A stretch of 64,000 nucleotides of DNA from Candidatus Deferrimicrobiaceae bacterium (GTDB lineage Bacteria > Desulfobacterota > Deferrimicrobia > Deferrimicrobiales > Deferrimicrobiaceae), in the NCBI GenBank assembly GCA_963792415.1, contig CAWBVY010000001.1, forward strand, positions 1 to 64,000, written 5' to 3'. Within the stretch, counting starts at the first letter, position 1, and each line of letters starts with the position of its first letter. The position numbers were made by a program, and so were the translations under genes. The notes under the pieces were generated by a model, which was not told the origin of the DNA, searched no databases, and worked only from the letters and a program-made list of their open reading frames with translations. This document shows, piece after piece, positions 52,577 to 63,449 of this stretch.

Positions 52577-54160
52577 TCAGCGCGCGTATTCCACGGCGCG
52601 GGTTTCGCGGATCACCGTGACGCGGATCTGCCCCGGGTAGGAGAGGTCCGTCTCGATCTTCTTCGCGATGTCGCGGGCGAGAAGGGTCGCCGCGTCGTCC
52701 CCGATCTTCTGGTAGTCGACGATGATGCGGATCTCCCGCCCCGCCTGGATCGCGTAGGACTTCTCCACGCCGGCGAACGACTTCGCGATCGCTTCGAGGT
52801 CCTCGAGGCGCTTGAGGTAGTTCGCCAGCATCTCGCGGCGCGCCCCCGGGCGGGCGCCGGACAGGGCGTCCGCCGCCTGGACCAGGATGGGCAGGACGTC
52901 CTTCGGCGACTCGTCCTCGTGGTGCGCCCCGATCGCGTGCACGATCCTCGCGGATTCGCCGTATTTCCGGGCCAGGTCCGCCCCGATCAGCGCGTGCGGC
53001 CCCTCGACCTCGTGGTCGACCGCCTTCCCGATGTCGTGGAGCAGCCCCGCGCGCTTGGCGACCTTGGCGTTCAGCCCCAGCTCCGAGGCGATCATCCCGC
53101 ACAGGAACGCGACCTCGAGGGAGTGCGTGTAGATGTTCTGCCCGTAGGAGGTCCGGTACTTCAGCCTCCCGATCAGTTTCACGAGGTCCGCGTGGACCCC
53201 GTGGATCCCAAGGTCGAAGAGCGCCTGCTCTCCCGCCTCGCGGATCGTCTCCTCGACCTCCTTGGCCACCTTCTCGACCGTCTCCTCGATCCGGGCCGGG
53301 TGGATCCGCCCGTCCTGCAAAAGGCGGGTCAGGGAGATCCTCGCGATCTCCCTGCGAACCGGGTTGAAACCGGACAGGATCACCGCCTCGGGGGTGTCGT
53401 CGATGATGACGTCGATCCCGGTGGCGGCCTCGAAGGCGCGGATGTTCCTCCCCTCGCGGCCGATGATCCGCCCCTTCATCTCCTCGGACGGCAGCGGCAC
53501 CGCGCTCACGACGTGCTCGGCGACGTAGTCCGCCGCGTACCGCTGGACGGCCAGGGAGATCATCTTCCGGGCCTTCTGCGTCGCCTCCTCCTTGAACTCC
53601 TCGTCCATGACCCGGATCTTCTTGCCGGCTTCCATCTTGGCCTCATCGGCGATCAATTCCACGATCTCCGCCTTCGCCTGCTCGGCCGAAAGGCCCGCCA
53701 CCCGCTCGAGCTCGACCCGGGACGCCGCCAGCCGGGCATCGAGATCCGCGTGGATCGCCTCGAGCTTCCGTTCCTGATCCGCGATCTCCCGCTCCTTCTT
53801 CGCGTACTCCTCGGCACGCGCCTCGACCTGCTCGTTCTTGCGGTCGAGCTGGTCCTCTTTCTGGAGGAGGCGCTTCTCGAGCTGGCCCAGCTCGTTCTTC
53901 CGGTCCCGCGTCTCCTTCTCGAAGTCGATCTTGACCTGGAGCAGATGGTCCTTGGCCTGAAGGGCCGCCTCCTTCAGGATGTTCGCGGCTTCCTTCTTCG
54001 AACTCTGAAGGATCTCCGCGGCCTTCCCCGCCTCGGCCATCGCGTCGGTTCGAGCCTTTTCCAGCGTGCTCTTTTTCCCGGAAAGCAGGAACACCACGTA
54101 CACGGCGAGCCCCAGGGCCAGCGCCGCAAGGACCGCGATGAGCACCGTCGACATATTCAA
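52577..54160 (-). CDS. rny: Ribonuclease Y
   Basis: TM, coiled coil, KH ([13 protein letters not shown]), HD (LLHDIGK), [10 protein letters not shown]. Confidence 0.97.
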   Translation of the reverse strand: MNMSTVLIAVLAALALGLAVYVVFLLSGKKSTLEKARTDAMAEAGKAAEILQSSKKEAANILKEAALQAKDHLLQVKIDFEKETRDRKNELGQLEKRLLQKEDQLDRKNEQVEARAEEYAKKEREIADQERKLEAIHADLDARLAASRVELERVAGLSAEQAKAEIVELIADEAKMEAGKKIRVMDEEFKEEATQKARKMISLAVQRYAADYVAEHVVSAVPLPSEEMKGRIIGREGRNIRAFEAATGIDVIIDDTPEAVILSGFNPVRREIARISLTRLLQDGRIHPARIEETVEKVAKEVEETIREAGEQALFDLGIHGVHADLVKLIGRLKYRTSYGQNIYTHSLEVAFLCGMIASELGLNAKVAKRAGLLHDIGKAVDHEVEGPHALIGADLARKYGESARIVHAIGAHHEDESPKDVLPILVQAADALSGARPGARREMLANYLKRLEDLEAIAKSFAGVEKSYAIQAGREIRIIVDYQKIGDDAATLLARDIAKKIETDLSYPGQIRVTVIRETRAVEYAR

Positions 54161-54179
54161 GGTGTGCCTCCTCGGTAGT

Positions 54180-54788
54180 TCATCTATAGTTCAGGGCATC
54201 CGGACGCTTTCCGGCCGGGATCACCCCTTCTTCCGTCACCAGCGCGTGGACGGGGACGTCCCACGCTTCGACCGGCACTTCGGGAACCAGCTGGCCGGAC
54301 CAGGCAAGCCCGACCCGCGGCACATCCTCCGGCAGACCCCCGAGGAAGCGGTCGTAAAACCCGAACCCGTGCCCGAGACGATTCCCGCGCCGATCGAATG
54401 CGAGGCCCGGGACAACGATGATGTCCCACCCCGACCGCCGCGGCTCGACACCCGCCGGGATCGACGGCTCGGGAATCCCGTACGGCCCCGCTTCCCACCC
54501 GTCCCCCTCCCGGTGGGGGTAAAAGGCGAGCGTTCCCTTCCCCGCAACCCGGGGATAGTAGAGCCGGGCGTCCGCTGCGAGATACGCGTGGCGGATCCGT
54601 TCGGTGGGAACCTCTCCGGCCAGTGAACAGTAAAGGGCGGCAATTTTCCCCGCCCTCGGTGGAAACTCCCGGAGAAAGTGTTCCTGCGCACGGGCGCCGG
54701 CCTCCGCCGGATGCGACGACTCCACCCGCTCCCGCAGCCGGACGCGGCTTTCCCTGCGAAGGATCTCCTTGCGCTCAAGGACGAGCAT
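54180..54788 (-). CDS. 5-formyltetrahydrofolate cyclo-ligase
   Basis: [26 protein letters not shown]; downstream of 6S RNA. Confidence 0.92.
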   Translation of the reverse strand: MLVLERKEILRRESRVRLRERVESSHPAEAGARAQEHFLREFPPRAGKIAALYCSLAGEVPTERIRHAYLAADARLYYPRVAGKGTLAFYPHREGDGWEAGPYGIPEPSIPAGVEPRRSGWDIIVVPGLAFDRRGNRLGHGFGFYDRFLGGLPEDVPRVGLAWSGQLVPEVPVEAWDVPVHALVTEEGVIPAGKRPDALNYR

Positions 54789-55004
54789 CGGACGCCTTTC
54801 GACGGAGGTGGGCGGGGGCGGAAAACCGCGGGGTTGCTGCGCTCGCGCTGCGGAAACGTTTCGGCCTGTGACGCCGGGTACCCTTATTCGAAGAAAAATT
54901 GCCGCCGCATCGAACCGCGATAAGAACGTCGCCGCAACAACGGTTGTAACCGCCCTGATCTATGCTAAAGGGCATTTCCCGCCCGGGTCCGTCTTCGAAA
55001 CAGT

Positions 55005-55181
55005 GCCCCCGCGAATGCCGTGTCGCCGGTCGAGTTGAACCTGGCTTTCACCAGGTGGGCTCCCGGTTGGGCCGCTTCAGGCTTCCCCGGCGTCAGGGGA
55101 TGCTCACCACCGCCCGGAAGGGATCCCGTTCTCGACGTGTTGGCTCAAACTCTTCCAACGATCACGCGCACGGCAGGGGCC
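55005..55181 (-). ncRNA. ssrS: 6S RNA
   Basis: ~180-nt rod with complementary ends (GCCCCTGCCGTG / CACGGCA..GGGGGC); conserved zapA-ssrS-cyclo-ligase synteny. Confidence 0.8.
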
Positions 55182-55201
55182 CAGACGAATTTCCTGCCGG
55201 C

Positions 55202-55525
55202 CTATTCCAACGCCTTTTCGAGCGTCGTCAGGAGGTTCCGGCTCCTCCGGTCCACCTGTGTCTTCAGGTCTTCCCTTTCCCTCCGCAACGCCTCGATCTG
55301 ATCCCTTTTCTCCTTGAACCGCTCCTCGAACATCAGGACCTCGTCGGCAAGTTCCATCGCCGCGAGCATGATGATGTTCAGGTAGTTCGAGGTGCCGCCC
55401 TGCTTCTGGATCTCCCGGACCCGTCCGTTCAGCGTCTCGGCCAGGCGCGCCATGTGCTCCTCCGACCGGTCGGTCCGGACGGTCAGGGCGTACCCTGCGA
55501 TGTTGACGTCGATCCGGTTCTCCAT
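55202..55525 (-). CDS. zapA: Cell division protein ZapA
   Basis: IDVNIAG, LAETLNGRVREI, MLAAMELADE, C-terminal coiled coil. Confidence 0.88.
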   Translation of the reverse strand: MENRIDVNIAGYALTVRTDRSEEHMARLAETLNGRVREIQKQGGTSNYLNIIMLAAMELADEVLMFEERFKEKRDQIEALRREREDLKTQVDRRSRNLLTTLEKALE

Positions 55526-55556
55526 CTTCTTGCCTTCTTATTATACCGCCTCGTCC

Positions 55557-55781
55557 CTATAACTCAATGGTGTCCAGCCGGGAGAGGATCTTGTCCACCC
55601 GGTCCTTCACGTCGACGCGCTCCCGCGTCAGGTCGGCCAGCTTCCGGGTCAGCTCCTTCACCTCCCCGTCCTTCCGCGCGAGCTCTGCCGCAAAGGTTTC
55701 CTTCTCCTTCTTCAGCGCGGTCACGACCTGCACCAGGTCGGCGATCTTCTTCTCTATCAGCGCGAACGACTCATCGCCCAT
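55557..55781 (-). CDS. ZapB-like coiled-coil protein
   Basis: 74-aa coiled coil ending RVDKILSRL; upstream of zapA. Confidence 0.75.
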   Translation of the reverse strand: MGDESFALIEKKIADLVQVVTALKKEKETFAAELARKDGEVKELTRKLADLTRERVDVKDRVDKILSRLDTIEL

Positions 55782-55833
55782 CTTCGGTCTCTCCCGTGGG
55801 TAGTCGGACTCCGTTTATGAAACGTAGTTTGCA

Positions 55834-55863
55834 GGATATCCCGTAATACACCCGGATTCAATT
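55834..55863 (-). promoter_or_regulatory. Putative promoter for zapB-zapA-ssrS
   Basis: TTGAAT-N17-TATCCT on minus strand. Confidence 0.45.
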
Positions 55864-55876
55864 GCGAATGTCGGCT

Positions 55877-55942
55877 GTGCCCCCCGTTCTTCCTACAGTG
55901 GGGGTACCCCAGGGAGCGCAATATATCCGGGAGTGGGGCACC
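55877..55942 (+). repeat. Intergenic REP-like repeat, copy B
   Basis: GTGCCCCCCGTTCTTCCTACAGTGGGGGTACCCCAGGGAGCGC...TGGGGCACC. Confidence 0.6.
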
Positions 55943-55961
55943 GCCTCGGAGGGGGACTGCA

Positions 55962-56897
55962 TCAGAACAGCGCCTCGGCGAAGTCCCGGGCGTCGAACGA
56001 GCGCAGGTCCCCGGCCTTTTCACCGACGCCGATGTAACGGATCGGGGCGGCGATCTCCCGCGTCACGGAAAGAACGACTCCCCCCTTCGCCGTCCCGTCG
56101 AGCTTGGTGAGCGCAAGCCCCGTCACTCCGGTGAATTCCTCGAACGTCTTCGCCTGCGCGACGGCGTTGCGCCCGCTGGTCGCGTCGAGGACGAGCAGAA
56201 CTTCGTGGGGAGCGCCGGGGATCTCCTTTCCGATCACCCGGACGACCTTTCGCACCTCTTCCATCAGGTGGGACTTCGTGTGAAGCCGCCCCGCGGTGTC
56301 GACGAGGACCACGTGCGTCCCCCTGGCCTTCGCCGCGCGCACGGCGTCGAACGCGACGGCCGAGGAGTCCGCCCCTTCCTTGTGGCGGACGATGTCCGCC
56401 CCGGTGCGTTCGGCCCACACGGCGAGCTGCTCGATCGCCGCGGCCCGGAAGGTGTCCGCCGCCGCGAGGAGGACGGTGCGCCCCTCCGCCCGGAGTCCGC
56501 TCGCCACCTTTCCGATCGTGGTGGTCTTTCCAACGCCGTTCACGCCGACGACGAGGACGACGAACGGGTACGGCGGAACCACCTTCAACGGGATCATGCG
56601 GGGGGCGAGGGTGTCCGCCACCATCCCCCGCAGGCGGGCCCGGAGCGCGTCCGTGTCCGGAAGTTCCCCCCGTCGCCACGCGGCGCGCAGCGCATCGACA
56701 TATTCCCTCGAAAGTCCGGCCCCCACGTCGGCAAGGATCAACCCCTCCTCGAGCTGGTCGAGGACGTTCCCGTCGACGGGCCCGATCCCGCGCGCGATCG
56801 CTTCGACGTTCATGAAGAGGAGTTCCCGTGTCTTGGCCAGGCCGGCCTTCAACCGCGAGAACATGCCGCCGCCGGGGGTGTCGCTCTGTTCGCTCAA
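55962..56897 (-). CDS. ftsY: SRP receptor FtsY (no acidic domain)
   Basis: GVNGVGKTTTIGK, DTFRAAA, DTAGR, TKLDGTAKGG. Confidence 0.97.
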   Translation of the reverse strand: MSEQSDTPGGGMFSRLKAGLAKTRELLFMNVEAIARGIGPVDGNVLDQLEEGLILADVGAGLSREYVDALRAAWRRGELPDTDALRARLRGMVADTLAPRMIPLKVVPPYPFVVLVVGVNGVGKTTTIGKVASGLRAEGRTVLLAAADTFRAAAIEQLAVWAERTGADIVRHKEGADSSAVAFDAVRAAKARGTHVVLVDTAGRLHTKSHLMEEVRKVVRVIGKEIPGAPHEVLLVLDATSGRNAVAQAKTFEEFTGVTGLALTKLDGTAKGGVVLSVTREIAAPIRYIGVGEKAGDLRSFDARDFAEALF

Positions 56898-56925
56898 GGG
56901 GAGGTTCCGGGAGCGGGACGGTGCA

Positions 56926-59900
56926 CTAGTTGTTCAATTTCACGGAGACGGTGCGGGAGATGCCGTGCTTTTCCATCGTGATCCCGTACAGGACGTCGGC
57001 CAGCTCCATCGTCCGCTTGTTGTGCGTGACGAGGAGGTACTGGTACCGTTGCGACATCTCGCGCACCAGGGCGTTGAACCGGTCGACGTTGGCGTCGTCC
57101 AGCGGAGCATCGACCTCGTCGAGCAGGCAGAAGGGGGACGGCTTGACCAGGAAGATGGAGAAGATGAGGCTGATCGCGGTGAGCGCCTTCTCCCCGCCGG
57201 AGAGGCTGCCAAGGGGGAGCGATTTCTTTCCGGGGGGCTGCACGAAGATGCCGACTCCCGACTCGAGGAGGTTTTCCTCGTCGACGAGGCGGAGCGCCGC
57301 GCGCCCCCCCTGGAACAGCCGGGGGAACACCTCGCCGAACTTCGCGTTGATCTCCTCGAACGCCTTCGAGAACCGCTCCCGGGTCGTCCGGTTGATCCGC
57401 TGGATCGCCTTCGCCAGGTCTTCGAGGGATTTTTCGAGATCCTCCTTCTGGGAGGACAGGAAGGAGAACCGCTCCGTCAGTTCCCTGTGCTCCTCGAGGG
57501 AGGCGAGGTTGACCTCCCCCATCGAAGCCATCCGTTCGCGGAGCTCCTCGGCGCGGGACTCGAGAACGGAAAGCTCCCCTCCCGCGGTCTCTTCCCCGTC
57601 CGCGGTCCCGACCGACGGCAGATCCGGCAGGTGGATCTCGTACCGTTGATGGAGGAGCGCGTCGAGCCCGGCGATGTCCATCTCGAAACGCTGGAGCCGC
57701 AGACGTTCCGCAGCCTGTCTCTCGACGAGCTCCGCCTCCCGGCCGCGGGCCTCGCGAAGGGCCGTCTCGATCTCCGAAAGGCGGGAGACGCATTCCGCGA
57801 GCTCCGCTACCTGCGCGTCGATCCGCTCCTGCAGCGCAGCGAGGGCGCCCCCCCCCTCCTCTATCGCCTCCCGGGCCGTCCGCATCGCCTCTTCGAGGGA
57901 GGCCGCCTCCCCTTCCTGGTCGGCCTTCCGACGGAGGCGCTCGATCCGCTGTCGCCGCTTCCCCTCGGCCTGATCCGCAAGCGCTGCGCGCAGGTCCGCG
58001 GCGGCGCGCTCCTTCTCCTCGAGACCCCGGAAGGCGACTTCGGCGGCGTGGGCGCGCTCCCGGACCTCCTCGGCGCGCACCCGTTTCGCCTCCGTTTCGG
58101 ACAGGAGCGTCCGGGTCCGCGTCTCCTCTTCGCCGCGGGCGTTCTCGGACTCGCGGGCCGTCGCGAGCGAGGCCGTGAGCTCCTCGGTCATGCGGGCCAG
58201 CTCGCCGCGCAGGTAAGCCTCTTCCCGGGTGCGGCCGTCGAGCAGGGCGACTGCCTGCGCGCGGGTCTCGGAAAGGACCGCCCGGGAGCGCTCCGCCGCC
58301 GCGTGCGCGGAGCGGGCTTCCTCCCGTCCGCGAAAGAACGTCGCGAGGCGCTCCTCGAGCGACGCGCGCTCCCTCCGGATCTCCTCCTCCGCCTTCGATC
58401 GGCGGTCCAGCTCCAGGCGCAATCCTTCGATTTCCTTCTCAAGACCGCGGATCTCCCGCTTCCGGGCGAGGACCCCGGCCTCCCCCGTCCCCTGCTCTCC
58501 CCCGATCAGGATCCCGTCGGCGGTCACCACGTCGCCGTCGAGGGTCACGTAGGAGTTCCAGACGCCGTTGCGGTTCCACAGCCGGAGCGCGGTGTCGAGG
58601 GTGCGGACCAGGAGCGTTCCCCCGAGCAGTCCCCGGAGCAGTTCGCGGCACTCCGGGGGGACCGATACGATGTCGGTGAGGGGCCCGACGACGCCCTCCT
58701 CCCCGATGTAGGCCAGTTCCTCGTTCCGGGTCCGAAGATCCACCGGGATGAACGCTCCCCGCCCCTCCCTGGACTCCTTGAGATAGTGGATCGCGGAGAG
58801 TCCTTCGGCGTGGTCGCGGACGACCACCGATTGCATCCGCTCGCCGAGGACCGCCTCGACCGCCTTCTCGTAGGCGGCATCGGTCTCGATCATCTCGCCC
58901 ATCACGCCGAAGATCCCGCGATCGTCCGCATCGGCGGCCTCGGCCTCCCGGAAGTGCTGTAGAACGGCCCGAACCCCGGAGGAGGCCCAGTCCATCCGCT
59001 CCCTGAGGCCGGAAAGGGTAGCCCGTCGCGATTCGGCGGACCGGAGTTCGCTCTCGGCGCTCCGAGCCGCCTCGACCGATTCGTCGAGCATCGTGTTCGC
59101 GGCGGAGAGGGCAGCCCCCGTGCTCGCCCAGGACCGTTCCGCGACCTCGAGGGCCTCCCGCGCGGCGGTCTCGGCGGCGGACGCCGCGTCGAGGTCGCGC
59201 GACGCCTTTTCCGCAGCGGCGACGGCCTCTTCGACCCGGTCCGAAAGACGGGCCATGGACCGTTCCCCCTCCGCGATCCGCTGCGTCAACGCTTCGACGC
59301 CGGACCGGGCGTCGGAGTGCTGGGACACGCGCACGATCAGATCGGACTTGGCGCGCTCGACCTCTCCCTGGGCAAGACGGTGCTCTTCGCGCGCCGCCGC
59401 CAACGAGGCGTTTTCCGTCTCCCAACAGGCCCGGGCCAGGGAAAGCTCCTCCCCCCTCCGCGCGGCTTCCCCGTCCGCCTCCGCGATCCGCGCGTCGAGC
59501 GCCTTGATCTCCGATTCGAGGGAGCCGATCTCCACTTCCGCTTCCAGAACCATCCGGCGGAGCTGTTCCGCCTGACCGCGAAGCCCGTCCCACTCCGCCT
59601 CGCGGCGCGCCGCTTCCTCCTTCCGCCGGGCGTGCTCGTCCCGCAGATCGGACAGGAGCCGTTCCCGCTCCGCGAGCGTCACCCGCACCTCTTCGCGCCC
59701 GACGTCCATCCGCGCCAGACCGGAACGCGCGGAGAGAAGCGCGTCTTCGATGCCTTCCAACGCCTCCCGCGCCGAGTCCAACGCGAGGGTCATCTCGAGA
59801 CGCTTCCGGAAGGCGACGCGAAGATCGAGGTCCTTCAGTTCCGAGCGGAGCGCCTTGTACCGCTCCGCCTTCCGGACCTGCCGCTCGAGCGCCCCGATCT

Positions 59901-60510
59901 GTCGCCGGACCTCCTCGAGGATGTCCTTCACGCGGGCGAGGTTCTGGCGGGTGCTCTCCATCTTCCGCTCGGCCTCTTTCCTCCGGACCCGGAACTTGGC
60001 GACCCCCGCGGCCTCCTCGATGATCATGCGCATCTCGTCCGGCCGGGCATCGACGATCTCGCCGACCTTCCCCTGGGCGACGATGGCGTATCCCCGGGCG
60101 CCGGCGCCCGTGTCGAGGAACAGCTCGGCGATGTCCTTCAGGCGGCACGGGACCTTGTTGATGGAGAATTCGCTCTCGCCGTCCCGGAAGGTCCGGCGCG
60201 TGATCGCGATCTCGGCGTACGATTCGTACCCGGGAGGGGCGTTCCCGTCGTCGTTCACGAAGGTGAGGGTTACCTCGGCCATCCCCAGGGGACCGGCGGC
60301 ATCCGAGCCGGCGAAGATGACGTCTTCGAGCGCCTTGCTGCGAAGATAGGAGGGGGCGTGCTCGCCGAGGACCCAACGGATGGCGTCGACGATGTTCGAC
60401 TTGCCGCATCCGTTCGGGCCGACGATCGCCGTGACCCCGGCGGAAAAATCAAACGCCGTCTTGTCGTAGAAAGACTTGAAGCCGATCAATTCGAGTTTTT
60501 TCAGTTTCAT
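56926..60510 (-). CDS. smc: Chromosome segregation protein SMC
   Basis: [14 protein letters not shown], hinge, [15 protein letters not shown]. Confidence 0.97.
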   Translation of the reverse strand: MKLKKLELIGFKSFYDKTAFDFSAGVTAIVGPNGCGKSNIVDAIRWVLGEHAPSYLRSKALEDVIFAGSDAAGPLGMAEVTLTFVNDDGNAPPGYESYAEIAITRRTFRDGESEFSINKVPCRLKDIAELFLDTGAGARGYAIVAQGKVGEIVDARPDEMRMIIEEAAGVAKFRVRRKEAERKMESTRQNLARVKDILEEVRRQIGALERQVRKAERYKALRSELKDLDLRVAFRKRLEMTLALDSAREALEGIEDALLSARSGLARMDVGREEVRVTLAERERLLSDLRDEHARRKEEAARREAEWDGLRGQAEQLRRMVLEAEVEIGSLESEIKALDARIAEADGEAARRGEELSLARACWETENASLAAAREEHRLAQGEVERAKSDLIVRVSQHSDARSGVEALTQRIAEGERSMARLSDRVEEAVAAAEKASRDLDAASAAETAAREALEVAERSWASTGAALSAANTMLDESVEAARSAESELRSAESRRATLSGLRERMDWASSGVRAVLQHFREAEAADADDRGIFGVMGEMIETDAAYEKAVEAVLGERMQSVVVRDHAEGLSAIHYLKESREGRGAFIPVDLRTRNEELAYIGEEGVVGPLTDIVSVPPECRELLRGLLGGTLLVRTLDTALRLWNRNGVWNSYVTLDGDVVTADGILIGGEQGTGEAGVLARKREIRGLEKEIEGLRLELDRRSKAEEEIRRERASLEERLATFFRGREEARSAHAAAERSRAVLSETRAQAVALLDGRTREEAYLRGELARMTEELTASLATARESENARGEEETRTRTLLSETEAKRVRAEEVRERAHAAEVAFRGLEEKERAAADLRAALADQAEGKRRQRIERLRRKADQEGEAASLEEAMRTAREAIEEGGGALAALQERIDAQVAELAECVSRLSEIETALREARGREAELVERQAAERLRLQRFEMDIAGLDALLHQRYEIHLPDLPSVGTADGEETAGGELSVLESRAEELRERMASMGEVNLASLEEHRELTERFSFLSSQKEDLEKSLEDLAKAIQRINRTTRERFSKAFEEINAKFGEVFPRLFQGGRAALRLVDEENLLESGVGIFVQPPGKKSLPLGSLSGGEKALTAISLIFSIFLVKPSPFCLLDEVDAPLDDANVDRFNALVREMSQRYQYLLVTHNKRTMELADVLYGITMEKHGISRTVSVKLNN

Positions 60511-60548
60511 CGGTACCCCATGCCCGATGCGGCACTGCACCGGGCAAA

Positions 60549-60613
60549 CCTCTATATGCTGTGGGCGCATACTCCGCCAATCGCAATATATGGTGTTTTC
60601 CGGGCGATGTAAA
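60549..60613 (-). promoter_or_regulatory. smc promoter overlapped by tandem NrdR-like boxes
   Basis: TTTACA-N17-TATATT; boxes CCTCTATATGCTGTGG (60549) and TCGCAATATATGGTGT (60581), 32 bp apart. Confidence 0.65.
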
Positions 60614-60616
60614 GGT

Positions 60617-60650
60617 AAAAAAAAACGGCGACCCGGAGGTGGCCGCCGTC
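60617..60650 (-). terminator. Intrinsic terminator after ppdK
   Basis: ACGGCGGCC-loop-GGTCGCCGT followed by a T run. Confidence 0.8.
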
Positions 60651-60671
60651 AGGAATCCTTTCTGTTTACGA

Positions 60672-63434
60672 TTACTTCTTCCCGGCCTTCCCCGGCTTCT
60701 TCTCCCTGAGAACCGCCTGGGCCGCCGCGAGGCGCGCGACGGGAACCAGATACGGAGAACAGGAGACGTAGTCGAGCCCGATGCCGTGGAAGAATTCGAC
60801 CGACTTCGGATCGCCTGCGTGCTCCCCGCAGATCCCGACCTTGAGGGTCGGACGTGTGGAACGCCCTTTCTCGACGGCCATCCGCACGAGCTGCCCGACC
60901 CCGCGCTGGTCCAAGGTCGCGAAGACGTCGGCTTCGAGGATATTCTCCGCCCGTTTCTTTTGGGTCACCTTGCACACGGCGCAGGAGACGTCCTTCTCGA
61001 GCTTCGTGCCGCACTGCGAGCAAAGCTCCGAACGGTTCATGTAGTGCTGGATGAACTTTCCGGAGTCGTCCCGGGAGAACCCGAACGTCGTCTGGGTGAG
61101 GTCGTTCGTGCCGAAGGAGAAGAACTCGGCCTCGGTCGCGATCTCGTCCGCCGTCATCGCGGCGCGCGGCAACTCGATCATCGTCCCCACGGTGTAGGGG
61201 AACTTCCTCTTGTGGCGTCGCATCGTCTCTTCCGCCACGGCGACGACGATCTCCTTCTGCGCCCTCATCTCCCCCACCATGCTGACCAGAGGGATCATCA
61301 CCTCGGGCTGGACACGGGTCCCGTCTCGTGCGACGTCGCACGCCGCCTCGAAGATCGCGCGCGCCTGCATCCGGGTGATCTCCGGGTAGTAGATCCCGAG
61401 CCGGCAACCGCGAAGACCGAGCATCGGGTTGAACTCGTGAAGCTCCTCGACCCTCTCCAGGAGGCGCTTCTTCTCCTCGATGATGGAGCGGTCCGCGTGG
61501 ATCAGCTGGAGCTTGGTCACCTCGACCATCAACGCCTCCCGCTTGGGGAGGAACTCGTGGAGGGGGGGATCCAGCAGACGGATGGTCACGGGATACCCCT
61601 TCATTTCCCGGTACAGCCCCTTGAAATCGTCCCGCTGCATCGGGAGCAGCTTCGACAGGGCCGCCTCGCGGTCCTCCCGGGTGCGGGCGAGAATCATCTC
61701 CTGCATGATCGGGAGGCGGTTCTCGGCGAAGAACATGTGTTCCGTGCGGCACAGCCCGATCCCCTCGGCCCCAAAGCCGCGCGCGACCCGGGCATCCCGC
61801 TGCGTGTCCGCGTTGGCGCGAACCTTGAGCCGGCGCACGGCGTCCGCCCAGGACATGAAGACCGTGAACGCGCCGGTCATCGCCGGCGCGATCAGCGGCG
61901 CCTTCCCCAGGATCACCTCGCCGGTGACGCCGTTCAGCGAGATGAAGTCTCCCTCCCGGACGACTTTTCCCCCCACCATGAACCGGTTCGTGGTTTCGTC
62001 GACGTCGATGGTGTCGCACCCGGCGACGCACGTCTTCCCCATCTGGCGGGCGACGACCGCCGCGTGGGACGTCATCCCCCCCTTCGCGGTGAGGATCCCC
62101 CGGGCCACGCCCATCCCGTGGATGTCGTCGGGACTCGTCTCCTTCCGGACCAGGACCACGTCCTTCCCCTCGGTGGCCCACTCCACCGCCCTGTCGGAGT
62201 GAAAAACCGCCACGCCGGTCGCGGCGCCGGGGGAGGCCGGGAGCCCCCTTGCGATGACGTCGAGCCTGGCCTTCGGGTCGATCACCGGGTGCAGCAGCTG
62301 ATGGATCTGGCGGGGCTCGAGGCGCAGGAGCGCCTCCTCCTTCGTGATCAGCTTCTCCTTGACCATGTCCGCGGCGATCTTTACGGCCGCGGCCGGGGTC
62401 CGCTTCCCGTTCCGCGTCTGGAGCATGTACAAGGTTTTTTTCTCGATGGTGAACTCGAAATCCTGGAGGTCCCTGTAATGCTTCTCCAGCTTCGCGGTGA
62501 TCCGCATCAACTGGTCGAAGACCTTCGGGAAGTCCTTCTTCATGTCGCGGATCGGGCGCGGGGTGCGGGTACCGGCGACGACGTCCTCGCCCTGCGCGTT
62601 GACGAGGTACTCACCGTAATACTCCCTGGCGCCCGTGGCCGGGTTTCGCGTGAAGCCGACGCCGGTGGCGCAATCGTCGCCCATGTTTCCGAACACCATC
62701 GCCTGGACGTTCACCGCCGTGCCGATGTCGTCCGGAATCCCGTTCGTCTTCCGGTAATATTTCGCCCGGTCGTTGTTCCACGATCGGAACACGGCGTCCC
62801 GCGCCAGTTCCAGCTGGATCCGCGGATCCTGCGGGAACTCCTTCCTCAAGCTCCTTTTCACGAGCGCCTTGAACTCCCCGCACACGTTCATGAGGTCTTC
62901 GGCGGCCAGGTCGACGTCGTAGGCGACGCCGCGCTCCTGCTTCTTTTCGGCGATGATCTGTTCGAAACCGCTCTTGGGGAGATCGAGCACCGCGTCGGAA
63001 AACATCATCAGGAAGCGGCAGTAGGAATCGTACGCGAACCGGGGGTCGCTGGACTTCCTCGCAAGCCCTTCCACCGTCTTGTCGTTCAGCCCGAGGTTGA
63101 GGACCGTTTCCATCATGCCCGGCGTGGGGAACTTCGCCCCCGACCGGACGGAGACGAGCAGCGGGTTTTTCGGATCGCCGAGCTTCCTGCCGATCGCACG
63201 CTCGAGTTTCGCGAGGTTCGTGGCGATCTCCGCCTTGAGATCCTGGGGAAGTTTTCCGCGATTCCTGTAATACAGGCTGCACGCCTCGGTGCCGATGGTA
63301 AACCCCGGAGGAACCGGCATGCCGAGGTTCGTCATCTCGGCGAGCCCCGCTCCTTTCCCGCCGAGGACGTCCTCCATCGCGCCGTTCCCTTCGGCTTTCC
63401 CCCCCCCGAAGAAGAAGATCCGTTTCACCGCCAT
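60672..63434 (-). CDS. ppdK: Pyruvate, phosphate dikinase
   Basis: GGKGAGLAEM, VSVRSGA, GGMTSHAAVVAR (phospho-His), GIGLCRTEHMF, GTNDLTQ, CGEH. Confidence 0.97.
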   Translation of the reverse strand: MAVKRIFFFGGGKAEGNGAMEDVLGGKGAGLAEMTNLGMPVPPGFTIGTEACSLYYRNRGKLPQDLKAEIATNLAKLERAIGRKLGDPKNPLLVSVRSGAKFPTPGMMETVLNLGLNDKTVEGLARKSSDPRFAYDSYCRFLMMFSDAVLDLPKSGFEQIIAEKKQERGVAYDVDLAAEDLMNVCGEFKALVKRSLRKEFPQDPRIQLELARDAVFRSWNNDRAKYYRKTNGIPDDIGTAVNVQAMVFGNMGDDCATGVGFTRNPATGAREYYGEYLVNAQGEDVVAGTRTPRPIRDMKKDFPKVFDQLMRITAKLEKHYRDLQDFEFTIEKKTLYMLQTRNGKRTPAAAVKIAADMVKEKLITKEEALLRLEPRQIHQLLHPVIDPKARLDVIARGLPASPGAATGVAVFHSDRAVEWATEGKDVVLVRKETSPDDIHGMGVARGILTAKGGMTSHAAVVARQMGKTCVAGCDTIDVDETTNRFMVGGKVVREGDFISLNGVTGEVILGKAPLIAPAMTGAFTVFMSWADAVRRLKVRANADTQRDARVARGFGAEGIGLCRTEHMFFAENRLPIMQEMILARTREDREAALSKLLPMQRDDFKGLYREMKGYPVTIRLLDPPLHEFLPKREALMVEVTKLQLIHADRSIIEEKKRLLERVEELHEFNPMLGLRGCRLGIYYPEITRMQARAIFEAACDVARDGTRVQPEVMIPLVSMVGEMRAQKEIVVAVAEETMRRHKRKFPYTVGTMIELPRAAMTADEIATEAEFFSFGTNDLTQTTFGFSRDDSGKFIQHYMNRSELCSQCGTKLEKDVSCAVCKVTQKKRAENILEADVFATLDQRGVGQLVRMAVEKGRSTRPTLKVGICGEHAGDPKSVEFFHGIGLDYVSCSPYLVPVARLAAAQAVLREKKPGKAGKK

Positions 63435-63449
63435 TCGCCGCTCCTCCGA

